Part shown: positions 37,960 through 50,267 of the stretch, piece after piece
Layout of the letters: the number at the start of each line of letters is the position of its first letter
Numbering within the stretch: the stretch's first letter is position 1
Assembly (NCBI RefSeq): GCF_018350175.1
Contig: NC_058368.1
Coordinates: 155,002,001-155,066,000 of the forward strand
From: Felis catus
Taxonomy: Eukaryota
Length of the DNA stretch: 64,000 nucleotides
Direction: 5' to 3'
Notes under the pieces: model-generated
Told to the model about the DNA's origin: nothing
The model's input: the letters and a program-made list of their open reading frames with translations, nothing else
Database searches by the model: none
Position numbers and translations under genes: made by a program

Positions 37960-40900
37960 TAGCATTTTAACTTTATAGCCATTATTATTTTGAATCCCAT
38001 GCCCTTGAAATTTGGGGATTCCAATTTAATTACATAACAGTCAAGTGCTACCGTTCCAATTTATTATCATCTGTGCTTTTATACTACATTCCAATGTGTA
38101 CCATATGAAGTAGGTACACACCTTGTACAATTAACCACTTGTACAATAAAAGTAACATCCCTGCGTATTTCTCACTTGCACTTACTCCTAAAAGAAACAA
38201 CCTCATCAGTCATAAGCTGGAATAATACAAACGAGTTTGCTTTCAGAGGCTTGAGTTAAATGAAATAACGCAGACTCCCTGTTTGTCAAATTTGGGAAAA
38301 CAGGCTAATTTTTGTACACAAAAATGACTGGGCTGATCTAGACAATCAGGCTACCTTCAGAGTGTTTTTTCTAGAACTCTTTCAAGTTCATCAGCAGCCT
38401 CTATGTGCATCATAAACCCATCATGACCAATGGATGTGTGCATTTGTAAAGTGCTGCTTGCAGATGGACCTTCAGGCAATAACCCTGGTTTAAAGCAAAA
38501 CTATTGCTATAATCATGGAAGAAAAACAAAATAAAACAAAAAACCTAGTCAGCCTTTGTGTGATACCTTTATCAACCACAGAGAAAGAGGGGGTGCAGGT
38601 AGTAGGCAGAGATAACAAAATGCATACAATGCAGCAAACTCATGATCACAATGGACAAGTTCCTCAGTTTGTTAAAAATAGAGATCCCATTGTATGGTAA
38701 TTATCTCCCTAAGGTGTAGAATAAGACGAGAATCTTTCTCAAAAATAGGTCACTATTAACTGGAAAATGTGATTGAGTCTTAAAAAAAAAAGACTAGAAA
38801 ATTAGTGGTGGGCATCAATTTCTTGTTATTTATGAAAGCACTTTGGGAAGAGGATCCGTTGAGTCTTACTTCCTTTTTATGGAAACAGACACCTTTATTC
38901 AATTTTGTCCTATCTTTTTATTAATAGGTACAAAATACCCCGAGGGAGTTCCAGAGCTGTAGCAGAAACCAGGAGCAATAAAATAATTCTACACCTACAT
39001 ACTCTCACTCAGCCTAGGAGGCCTCCAAACCACAGTGAGCTCAAGCAAGTCTCTGTTAGACTGATTCTGCCTTGTGAAGGGACAAAATGACTATTAACTT
39101 GAGCAGTGGCCCCTTGGCACAAGAACTTACCACAGTATCTCACATTCTTTCTTTTAAAGTTTCCTTATTTTGTCTTAATAATGCCTGTGGTATTACTTTA
39201 AGATGCACATTTCTGTAGGATGATGATCATATGCCAAACTGAACTTGCTAATGGAAATAATTTTTTGGGTTCCTATCTTCTAGGTTGAAAGTATGAGTCA
39301 ACAGAAGATAGTGCCTTATTGGACAAAGAAAAGAAAAACTAAACCATAAAAAAGGGGAAAAGCCACAGAAGTCACCAGAGAAAAATCATAAAGGAAATGT
39401 GCCTGTCTTCACTCTGGACTAGCCAAAGAGATAACAAAAGGTGTTATTCATATTTTACCTTATGAGTCTTTGCTGAGGTCAATCCTTTTAAGAAAGTGAA
39501 TTCTTTTTGCAGGGTTAGTCGCGGATAACAAGTCTGATGCTAATGTCAAAGTCTACTGTAGTCACAAAATATACTAATGAATAAAACTTGCGAGTAAAAA
39601 ACTCATACAGCATATAATTAGCTATGTTACTAGTTGAGAAAGCTTGGATCCCAGATTTTGTGCCAGAGAAACTGGCTGACGTTATCTACTATTTAATGAA
39701 TCCTCCCTGGTGATGAAGCAGATGAGCAGCAGCCAACAATCTAGAACATTGATATCAGGAGATAATTTTACTGAACTACCAAAATTCACTCAAGAAGATA
39801 AGAAGTTGAACCTCTGTCTCAAGAGGTTACTGTGTGAAATTTTAAGGACATCAGTCACCTTTCTCCTTTTGAAGCAGAAAGAGTAAAAACAAGCAACAGA
39901 TCACAGTAGCACAGAAGGAGAAGAGAAGAGATTGAAAATGGATGGGAGAAGAGAACAGAAATTATTTGGAGAAATTCAAACTTGAAGATACTTACAAATT
40001 GTTAAGATATTAATGGATATTTATATAGATTGAATTGAATGAAGCATTATTGATGGTATTAAGGAAGCATTAGTTGATGTGACATCTGAACCAAAGAAGC
40101 TGTAATCTTACTGGTGTGATATGAGACTATGATCAATTTTGCTATTAAACTATATTAACAGAACTGCAATTATACCACATGGACTAACCAGAAAGGAGGA
40201 AACCTTGATGAAATACCATTTTGTAACAGATGCTTCATCCTGGCCCATAACCCCACACTCCAGAATTTGACCTAAGTTATCATTTGAGTCCACCTAACCA
40301 TTATAACAATGAAATACAAAAGGCTATTTATCCTGGGACTTGATCTTTAAATGATATTTAAAATAGGTTGGTTAAGGATGACCAATAAATATGACAAAAT
40401 GAACACTCTATACTTGACGGTTTACATGTGCATAGCTATGTACCTAAGAAAACCACAAATAATACAGATTCTTATTTTTATATTAATTTAAGGAAGTAAA
40501 ACCTTAGGCACATATAATTAAGGGATGCATCTCATGGTGACACTGCCCCCAAAATTTTCTCATTTTATAGCCCTGCTTCATTTCACTTGCTGATAGTTTA
40601 GAATATGCCCACTTTTTTGACCCAAGTGGTTTTACGTGTTCCATGTTGTCTTGTGTTGGAATATTGCTACTCTCTGGTCTCACTCTCCAGGGAGAAGACA
40701 AGCTAGTGCACAAACAACGCAGGCCAATGCCAATGTTTTAAGAGCTGAGTAAAATGAGAGGAAATGCCTAATGTGAAAATCAGGGAACGCCAAGTCTGCT
40801 GTTATCCCCATGTGAGTGTAAGGAAACAAACATGGAGGCAAATCTAAGAGTGTGAGAAGCCAAGGGGAAAACAGCTAGAAGCACAGAGCAAGGACAGGAG

Positions 40901-40973
40901 CATTAGAAGAAGTACAGAAATGCCACCACCAATAATTTGCTGACACTGATCTCATGGGGTGAGACATCGTATA

Positions 40974-41159
40974 GCGCAATGGTTCACACAACCCTGGCTA
41001 TGTATTGGAATCACCCAGGAAATTTTCAAAATTCCCATTCCCAAGAGCCACTTAAAACACCTTATGTCAGAACCCCTGGGATTTGGGACACAACAGCAAA
41101 CAGTATCTTAAGAAGCAGCAGAGGCGATTCCAGTGTGTAGCCAATATTGAGAACCACCG
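40974..41159. mobile_element. MER5B-like hAT-Charlie MITE
   Basis: 'caatggttcacacaaccctggctatgtattggaatcacc' and 'gattccagtgtgtagccaatattgagaaccaccg'. Confidence 0.85.
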
Positions 41160-41185
41160 TACGAACGGATATACAAAGTGGATTA

Positions 41186-41406
41186 GGGGCGCCGGGGTGG
41201 CGCAGTCGGTTAAGCGTCCGACTTCAGCCGGGTCACGATCTCGCGGTCCGTGAGTTCCAGCCCCGCGTCGGGCTCTGGGCTGATGGCTCAGAGCCTGGAG
41301 CCTGTTTCCGATTCTGTGTATCCCTCTCTCTCTGCCCCTCCCCCGTTCATGCTCTGTCTCTCTCTGTCCCAAAAATAAATAAACGTTGAAAAAAAAAACA
41401 ACAACA
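41186..41406 (+). mobile_element. Young felid Can-SINE (SINEC_Fc)
   Basis: 17 CpGs retained by my count; perfect TSD acaaagtggatta at 41173-41185 and 41407-41419. Confidence 0.99.
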
Positions 41407-42059
41407 ACAAAGTGGATTAGTTTCTTTTACTGGGAATTAAAAAGCAATAAAAGACAACCTCAAGTCTTTCTGTGATTGTTTGAAGTTCACACTTTAAACA
41501 GTCTTCAACATCTGGGTTTTGATGGCTTTTCTGCTACTGCTCTCGATCTGCTATTTGAAACTTGAAGATGCTTATTCCCCCTCCAATGTACACCCTTCGA
41601 TACATGCCTGTTGTCTGTTGCCTAGGCACAGGTTCTCACTCTTTCTTACACACTTTTCACATTTTTCTGCAGCATCAGGAAAAAGAATATATGCAAGCCA
41701 GTGTTTAGTAAAAAGAGAACAGGCGAGTTGAATATTACTCCCCCAAAGGATCTCAGAATGAGCCTCAGCTATAGCCCCAATGCTACTTTCTTCATTGACC
41801 AATCCAACATCCTCCCCAACAGCAACCAGTAATAGAGGGTTGAATCGTTTGTACACCTATATGTAGATATTCAGTAAGAAAGTCACATGTAAACGAGTGG
41901 ACTCTAACTGGCATAAACTATATGCATAAATTCTGAATACAACAAAACTGGAAGGATCATCAAAAGAAAAGCAGATGGGACGGGAGAATCAAAAGCTATA
42001 CCTGAAATAAATGATAAATCTGGGTCATTTTGACAAAGCAGGAGCTACTAGTAATGAAC

Positions 42060-42680
42060 TGTAAATAGGCCACCCTTTGCTCTCAATTCCCTGTGCTCAG
42101 AAACCATAAGGCATTCACTTTTCCTCTTATAGCTCTTTAGTTTTTGCCTTTATTGAACAGTCCTCAATCTGTTTATACTGTTCTTAAAATAAATCATAGA
42201 GCATCAGATGACTTCATGATCCTGTATACTATGTCACTTACATACTCTAGTATCATATGTGACTCTCTCTGGCAGAACTGGTGTTTATCAGGTTAGCTGT
42301 ATTTGGTGCATTTCATATTTGTCTGTCCAGGCCCCTCTTTCTCTTGTTTTACCAACTGCTCAAACCTCACTTGTTAGGTTACCCTATGGATGTAAACCTG
42401 ATCATTAATGACTCCTCTCCTGACTTTTCAAGGTCATCTTGAATTACAAGTAGACCTTCCAAGGTTCTTGCTACTTCTCCCAACTTAGAGTCTTCCATGA
42501 AACTTTATGAGCGTGTTCCATATTTTATCATCCAAGTCACTGATAAAATGTTAAATATTACCACCCTAGACAGACCCTGCAGAACATCATTTGATGTGTC
42601 CTTTTAGGTTGCCTCTGAAACATTAATAACTTCTCATTGAATATGATCCTTGAACCAGTCTGCACCCAACTAAGAGCCAG
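42060..42680 (-). mobile_element. L3/CR1 reverse-transcriptase fossil
   Basis: Minus-strand translation with frameshifts and stops: WFKDHIQ*EVINVSEAT*KDTSNDVLQG...FNI.ISDLDDKIWNTLIKF.EDSKLGEVARTLEGLLVIQDDLEK. This matches the CR1 RT pattern 'WL.GR.QRVVING..S.W..V.SGVPQG...FNIFINDLD.GIE.TLSKFADDTKLGG....LEG...IQ.DLD.L'. Confidence 0.9.
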
Positions 42681-43720
42681 AGATGTATTTCCCTAGATTG
42701 ATAGCGCTATTTTAAATCTATATGCTACAACCCTGTGGAAGGAATTTTGTATTCTTCTCTCTCACAGAAATAGAAAAGATTTTTTAATTTTAGCAGCTTA
42801 AAACTGACCGGTCAACACATGCCAAACAATAACCCAGGGATAATTTAGCGCTGTTCATAAATGTGATATTTTCAAAAAGCCATAAAAAGAACTCCCCATT
42901 AATAACTCTGACTATAAAGGTTCATCATGGGCTACTATTCTCACCTCTTTGAACTTAATGACAACTCAAGTCAATGCTTTCCTTTTTTTCTTTGTTGCAG
43001 CTGCTATTGGGATGGAAAAGACTGTTGTTGGAAAGGACTGTTGTCCAGGCTCCAAGAAGTCCAGACAAGGTCTCCAGAGACTCTCTATTTTTCCTCCAGA
43101 TCCTTTTACTGACATTAATGATGAAGCAGCTTTGTCTGCGTCTCCGCCTTGGTTAGCAATGCCTTAGTGACAGGGCAGCTCCAGATGCATTACATCAGCA
43201 GCTGATGCCATCATGCGAATGTCTAACACTTACTTTAGGTAGGTGACACTTCTTAATATTCAATCCTGTCTTCACAGTGTCGACTTGCCCCACCACACAC
43301 GGGTGTTCTTTTTGTCATTGTTGTGGGGATTGTTAATATTTTTGCTTGTGCTTTCTCCACGGGGCATATATTTTTAAACAACATAATTATTTATAACCTT
43401 TAATGCCAAGAGGGCAATATAGTATGCCTGGAAGAATATGCATCACAGACTTATTGTTTAGAAATGGTAATTAATTTTACAGTCAACAGTAGTGTGACAC
43501 ACTGTCTCTGACTAGACGTCCACCGTGGCTTCCTGCCAGTCCTTTGTGAGAATATTAATTGACGTCCAGCGCTAAGCAGCCTCTTTGCTGTGTTTTTGAA
43601 GGAAACAACAGGCTTCGAATTAAATAAATGCACTCTAAACTCACATATTCAATATCAGGTTCTATAGCTTGATATCGCCTAAATACAGTTTGTTTATATC
43701 ATTATATTTTCTTTTCTCCC

Positions 43721-43776
43721 CAGCTTTACTGAAGTATGATTGACAAATAAAAATTGCATATATTTAAGGTGTACAA
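43721..43776 (-). mobile_element. Tiny L1MA-type 3' terminal fragment
   Basis: 'cagctttactgaagtatgattgacaaataaaaattgcatatatttaaggtgtacaa'. Confidence 0.75.
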
Positions 43777-44014
43777 TTTTTTGCCATTTTTCCTCCTTTC
43801 TATTTCCTTTTTCTTCCCTCCCTTATACTCCCAGCTCTTAAAGTGTCCCGATTTTTTGCCTCCTCTTAATTTTAGCTCGCTGCTTCTCTTCTGACTTCTT
43901 ACAATATCTGGTGGTGGGGAATCTTCTGCAGCAAATACCCTATGTTTCCAACAGTCCTGAACAATTTCCTCCCAGGCTACTGCTCTTTCTCTTTCCAAGG
44001 TTTCCCAAGCGACA

Positions 44015-44530
44015 ATATTCAACAATTTTAGTAATATTATGACTGATATGCTCATTAACATGCCAACGATGCCAGATTAGGCAGAATGGCCACCAAAAAA
44101 AAAAAAAAAAAAAAAGATTAAAATCCAAAATGACCTTGACAGGTTAGAGAATTGGGCACATAAACAGGATTTAGTTTCATGGGAGAAAATATACGATCAT
44201 TAACACTAAGGGGAGAAGAACACTGTACAAATAGATGATGACAAGTAATGGTTAGTTAGCTACAGTGGGTGTGGGCTTGTAAGGAGGTGGGCCGGCTTCT
44301 ACATAAAAACCAATTGCCAGGATGATAAATTAGTGACGAAGAATCTAAGATACCAGGACGTAGAAATAGGAACATCCCATGGACATATGAAAAAGATACA
44401 ATCTCTTAATTTGTTAGATCTCTGTTAGGTTGTTTTTTTTTTTTTTTCTAATATAGAATATTTAGGAATCCACAGCTTAAGATAAGATTGGCAGAAAAAC
44501 TTCAGATGAAAAAATAGCATTTAAAATGAA
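44015..44530 (+). mobile_element. L3/CR1 reverse-transcriptase fossil
   Basis: 'atccaaaatgaccttgacaggttagagaattgggca' encodes IQNDLDRLENWA; upstream 'ttcaacaattttagt...ctcattaacatgccaacgatgccagattaggc' resembles FNIF...LIKFADD.KLG. Confidence 0.85.
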
Positions 44531-44615
44531 GGTTGATAGGTCCAGGTATGTATGCTCTCTGTGTTCCCACAAAAATCAGGTGATAGGTTTCATAAGAGAT
44601 TAATTTCCTATTTTA

Positions 44616-44831
44616 TCTTATTTTTAATTTTTTTAATGTTTATTTTTTACAGAGACAGAGACAGAGCACAAACAGGGGAGGAACAGAGAGAAAGGGGGAC
44701 AGAATCTGAAGCAGGCTCCAGGCTCTGAGCTGTCAGCAGAGAGCCGGACACGGGACTCAAACCCACAAACTACAATATCATGATCTGAGCTAAAGTCAGA
44801 TGCTAACCCAAATGAGCCACCCAGGCGCCCC
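44616..44831 (-). mobile_element. Can-SINE (SINEC_Fc-type)
   Basis: Body and head visible; TSD atttcctatttta. Confidence 0.97.
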
Positions 44832-45084
44832 TCATTTCCTATTTTAAAGCAAGCACGGCAGTCCTCTGTAATCCACATGGTTCCTTTTGGAGAGAATTTT
44901 TATGAACTAAATTATTATTATACCATCTGAATACATTATTCACATAATAAATATAATTTTAGATCTGGCTGTGAGTACCTTTCTTTTTCTTTTTTTCTTT
45001 TTTTCTTTATACAGCAGTGGAAGACTTTCTTCATTTAAAATCTTGTAGGGACTCTCCATTTTCAAAAAGACAAAAACTGGTAAG

Positions 45085-45260
45085 AGATCTGGAGCACAGC
45101 CAGCACAGTCCTCCTTCCATCCTGAGGAGAAAACTGATCCAAACAGAGGTCAGGAATAAAGACGGGCTTCCTGAGGGTCAGAACCAGTTAGTGCCAATGA
45201 CATTATTTGAACCCAAGTCTCTGGTCTGCCAGTTCAGGATTCCTTCCACTGAACTGACTG
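45085..45260 (-). mobile_element. MIR3/MIRc-like remnant
   Basis: 'gaggagaaaactgatcc...ttcctgagggtcagaaccagttagtg...tttgaacccaagtctc'. Confidence 0.65.
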
Positions 45261-47559
45261 CCTCCTGAAAAACAGGTCCTATTTTTGAGGCATTCCTGTT
45301 GATCGCAGATTTGTTTTACTCCCCCCCTTTTTTTTTTACAGTCTTTTAAATTTCTTTTCTCATGTTCTTTCACTTATTTCCCAAAAGCCATTTGTTATGT
45401 AACAGATGCATATGTGTGCCTGTTTATAAATATTCTACAGTAAGTGAAGAAAATATGGGGAAATGATGAGGGAAAGGCGACCATAACCCTCAAACCCTCA
45501 CACCGGAAATATTGGGGGTGGGCTCTGTGCCTCAGGGGCAAAGGTCACCAGAGGAAGACCCCCCTCGGATGCAGAATCTGGTCTTGCATTGTCGGGTTCC
45601 ATCCCACCTGTTTGCCCCTCCATTTTCAGTCTCTCCAAAATGAGGGTATTTGGTATTATGGAGGATCACCTGGGGAAAATCTGTAGGGCACCAAGTATAA
45701 TTCTGTGATGATATTACAGTAAACAAGAAGCTTAAAATCAAATTCATTACCAGAGAAATGAATCCAGGGAACATGACTTCATTAAAAAGTATGACTTTAT
45801 AAATAACTACACATAAACAGACTGCTTTGCCTTAGAGACTAATATATTTCAAAATTATTATCTACTTAAAATATTTTACCTAAAAGAATTCACAATTAGC
45901 TTTCAATATTTAAACAGTACATTAGAAATGGAATGTTTATAAATATCAGAAATAAAAGCCACTTCATTACAGTATGAACATATGCTAACGCACCACATAC
46001 TGGCTTTTGAATTTAATACTGATATGGTTTGCTATATGCGTGTTTTTTTTTCCTTAACAGACATAAGGGTTTAGATAATAGCTAATATAAATATATGAAA
46101 TGTCAAATTTAGAAGAGAGTGCTTAAACATTTGTCTTTTGGAGAGTATTGTTAAACTTAACTTTTATTAACTCAGGGAATCAAAGAGAAATATGGTGATG
46201 CTAGTGAACCTCTGAAAATCTTTTATTTTATCACTTTTAATGCATGTTTAATATTTAACATCCATCTTATTACAGACAGGAATTGTGAAATGCTTGTGCT
46301 GTCTCCAAACAGTTTTAAAGTTCAATGCACAGTCACAATTCAGAGGGGAGATTTCACACATTTATGGAAAATAAGCCATTTTTGCAGTAAAGTTGCAAAG
46401 TGTGAAAGAATTCTTGTTTTATCTGCCTTACTTATCATGTTTATGAGTTATTTTGCCTGGAAGTAAATTGACAAGTTGTCAATGAACAATAGACAGTGCC
46501 CCAGCTAGGCTTTTCACAGGTTCAGATGCCTTTGGGCAAAAGGGCTAAATGTGTAGCTGCAATCTAGCATATGGAGCACTGAAAAAAGTGGCAACGGGGT
46601 GAGAGACACTCCCTGCAAAATGTATGCAGCTCCTGCTCTCACCAATCTGCTTGGACCACTGTGATTATGAATTCAGGTCCTGTCACCTTGCTGTCCCTAC
46701 AACAACTCATTTCTGTTCTATCCCCAGCACGCTTTGGTCCATTTTGTCACTTTAAACCATTTTATTCCTCCGAACAATGATGATTAAATATTCGTCTTAA
46801 AAAGAAGAAAGCTACTTCCTCATCTTAGGTGACTCTCTGTTGGAAACTTCCCACACGATCTCACAGAGAGGAAAACAGCCTCAGAGTTCCTTTCCTCTGC
46901 GGTTCAAGGGGGACCTTGACTTCCACCTTTGGCCACCACCTAGTGGAATTACCTTATGTTAACATTTCATGGCTTTTCCTCCCATCTCAATTTTCCAGGA
47001 CGCTATTCTGAGCCTATTTGATGATAACTCATACAGCTGAATAAACTACTGGTGAGCTAAGTGGTCTTTCAATAGATGGCACTCTTTGTTCTGAATCAGC
47101 GCAAATATGTCCGGATGCTGCACTCACAGGCCAGTTGTTCTTTGAAGTCCCCACCCTTCAGGTATACCACTCCACAGAATATAGCTAGGGGTGTGGCTTG
47201 GGGTAAGAACTAGGACTAGAATTTCTACTCCCAGGAGTAGAAGAAGACCACAGGGAGACCACAAAAGACATAGCCTCATCAGTAAGAGTTCATTAGGGAA
47301 AAAGCCAAGGTTGAAATGCAAGGAGAGTCAAGGCCATGGCTAGTGGTGGATGGTGGTTCGAGTCACAGAGGCAAGAGTTTGAATGTAAAGATAGGATCAG
47401 AGAAAGTGCCTGTCAGGAGGAAGCAGTGTGGTAGATGACCAGGAATTCACTGTAAAACCTAAAGGTGATTACTACTAACCTTTATGGGCCAACAAATGCA
47501 TGATGTATGGGGGAGATCCTCTGGATGGAGGCCCGAGACAAAGCAGGAATATATTTATG

Positions 47560-48450
47560 CTCTCTAGTGGCTTCTAGTTTACCACCCACACCTCCTCTGC
47601 CCTATCTTCATGTTCAATAACAATTTCGGCACGAGGTTGCCATCTTTTCCTAGTCTCCAGCGATCATCTTGAGACATTTTCACACCAAGTAGATGATCCC
47701 TTCAGCATCCGTAATTCTTCTGTTTTTAATGAAACATTAAAACCCCCTTCCTGTTTTCAATGAAAACATTACCAACCCCCCAAATTCATTTGCTCTCTAC
47801 ATGTAAAGCATAACAGAAAAGGACATCTTCTTTCAGAGAGACATGGGCTCAAAAACTGGCTTTTGCCACTTTGGTAAAGCTCCTGTGCCTCACTTTGTTC
47901 ACCTGTAAATTGGAGCCATCATCTAGCAAATACTCTGTTCCTTGAGAAACTACTGTCTCCAAAGACTGCTGATTGAGTGAGATAACACAGATACATTCTC
48001 TTCAGATCAGTCTCTTGCTCCCCCTCTCCTTCCCTTACTTTTCTGCTCTATTCATCAGGGATGAGTGTTTTTATCCATTTTTATCTCTTCCGACTCTGAG
48101 GTTGCTGAAAGCACCTGGGAAAAATTGTAGGACTGCACTATTAATCTTGCAAATTTTGGAACTCCTACTGATTTTTCAACGCTACCCATAGTAAATGGAT
48201 TATTTGACTCCCTTTTCTCATTCTCACACCAGCTGATCCAATCCCTTCCCATTTTCCAGACTTCCATCTGCCCAACTCTCTAAGAAAATAGCTATGCTTC
48301 TTCCTTTTGGGGGAAAATAGCCTGTGGAGCATCAAGTATCTCAACATCCAACCCCTTGTATCTATAATTATCCACCCTTACTGTTTCCCTCTTTTTTTGG
48401 AAGTAGTGCCCTAGGCTAACTCTGCCACCTATGTTCCTTATGTTATTTTC
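47560..48450 (+). mobile_element. Degenerate L2 ORF2 region with nested MIR piece (about 47830-47925)
   Basis: CT-rich L2-like sequence; MIR core 'ctgtgcctcactttgttcacctgtaaattgg'. Confidence 0.5.
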
Positions 48451-49349
48451 TATGCAGAGTTGCTAAATAAAAATCACCAGTTTATTAAGATGTCATCATT
48501 GCTATGTGGGACCAATTTTAAAGTACAAAGTAGGTAAAGTCTTATCTCTTCTCCTCTGTAACTTAAACTTTATTTGGCCTTTGCTTTCAACATTTGTCCT
48601 TTGACAGTTTTTGCAACAGTTTATATAAATGAAGTGATTTATATTTCATTTCTTCCCCTTATCTTCCCTGTGGAGGTTGGTGCTAATAAATGGAGAAATG
48701 GCCAGGAGGGAGGAAAATGCCAAGCAAGGGAGAGAGGAGTTTGTCAAGAAAAACCTATAAAACGAACATGTAAGCCAGATGAGCAAAGTTGAATGTTAAT
48801 ATCTTTGAAAACAGATGCACTCTAGATGATGTCCAAATTAATGAAGACACCGACAAGTTGGACTTTTTAAATATACTACTTATTTCCCCATTAAAATAGT
48901 GTTACCCAAGGTGAATAGATTACCAAAGTACTACAAAACTTATTTAATTTTTACACCTAAAATATAAAAATCCATACCATAATTTAATCTCAGCCCTAAA
49001 AAAGGCATTCCAAATCCAGTCTGAGGTTCTAGAAACCCCCACGCAGGGAGCGGCTCCTTCAGGGAACTGAGCAGGATACACTTCAGCAAAGCGTCAGTGG
49101 AGTGGAAAGGTGATTGCCCAGGTGCCTATACTTGTATCATACTGGTAAGTATTGGCGTACTTGCTATCTATTATATTTGTCTTTTGTCTTTACCTTTTTC
49201 CTTTTCTCCCTTTATCCGAATACTCCATCCCTATTTATTTGCATTTGGTTTTCTTCTCCATCTCCTCTTTCCTTTTTATTTTAACCCCATGTTCCTGTTT
49301 GCCTCCACAGACTCTAAGAAGGAAGGAGTTAAATAGAACTATATGGCTG

Positions 49350-49485
49350 ACTCTCATTTTACAAATGAAAAAACTGAGACCCAAAGGTTAAGTGACTTGC
49401 CCAACATCTCACAGTAGTTGGAAGCAGAACCCCAAGGCTAAATCGAAGGTCTTTTGAAACCAACGCTGGATTCTTTCCATTACAC
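49350..49485 (-). mobile_element. MIR
   Basis: 'cattttacaaatgaaaaaactgagacccaaaggttaagtgacttgcccaa'. Confidence 0.85.
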
Positions 49486-49489
49486 CCAT

Positions 49490-50052
49490 AATCTCTGCCA
49501 TCTCTGTCCTTCACAGTGAAACTGGCTCTCAGACCTTTCGAGCATAATGAACAAAAAAGCAGCAAAGGGTTATAATAGTGGCAGGATATGTGTCTCAGAC
49601 ATGTTTGGGGAGTACAATGAGCTCCTGGGTTGCCCACTCTTTCTTTCTTGTCATGAAAGGATGCCAGAAACCAAACCAAGCACCTTTGCTGTGCTCCTGC
49701 TTGCAAATAACCCTCTTTATTGGCGCCTTGGTCGCCCCTCACACTGCTCTACACATGCACACACATATGTGCCTCAGCACCCTACCAAACATCACAGACT
49801 GCTCTGTCCCCCTCCGCCCCCAGCTCCCCTGCCCTTGCTCTTCCTATTCTTCATAGCATTTATCACCTTGCAATATATCATACAAATAGTATATTTATTA
49901 TGTGTGCTATTGTCTGTCTCTCTTTGAGAACATAAGTTCCATGAGGGAATAGATCTTCTCTTTTATTTATCACTATATTCCAAGCATCTAGAACAGTGCC
50001 TTGTATATTGTAGGTACTTGATATTTGTTAAATAAATATATTGAATTAATGA
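49490..50052 (+). mobile_element. L2a-like 3' end
   Basis: 'ttcttcatagcatttatcacc' and 'gaacataagttccatgaggga...tatattccaagcatctagaacagtgcct'. Confidence 0.85.
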
Positions 50053-50175
50053 GCCAGGATGGCACATGTAATGCCTCTTCTTCAGGACTCCTAGAGACCT
50101 AAGGGTATGATGATAACCAAAACAAATTTAGTATGCAAAATAATTAAATTGTCCAGCTTGTCTGCTCTGATTTGG

Positions 50176-50177
<2 letters not shown>

Positions 50178-50264
<87 letters not shown>
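50178..50264 (+). repeat. Compound (GT)n(GA)n microsatellite
   Basis: Directly visible; junction at about 50218. Confidence 0.99.

Positions 50265-50267
<3 letters not shown>

Noticed and set aside
39800..40250. Possible further L3/CR1 ORF2 remnant (KEALVDVTSEP resembling LKELADVISEP)
   Set aside because: Only one short motif resembles CR1; not enough to call without a profile search.
41067..41389. Recurrent ORFs such as GAWVAQSVKRPTS...EPASDSVSP here and at other SINEs
   Set aside because: All lie in Can-SINE copies; their mutual similarity reflects the repeat, not a gene family.
47090..47530. Possible ancient LTR on the minus strand
   Set aside because: Composition is LTR-like, but I could not find termini, a TSD or a family match.
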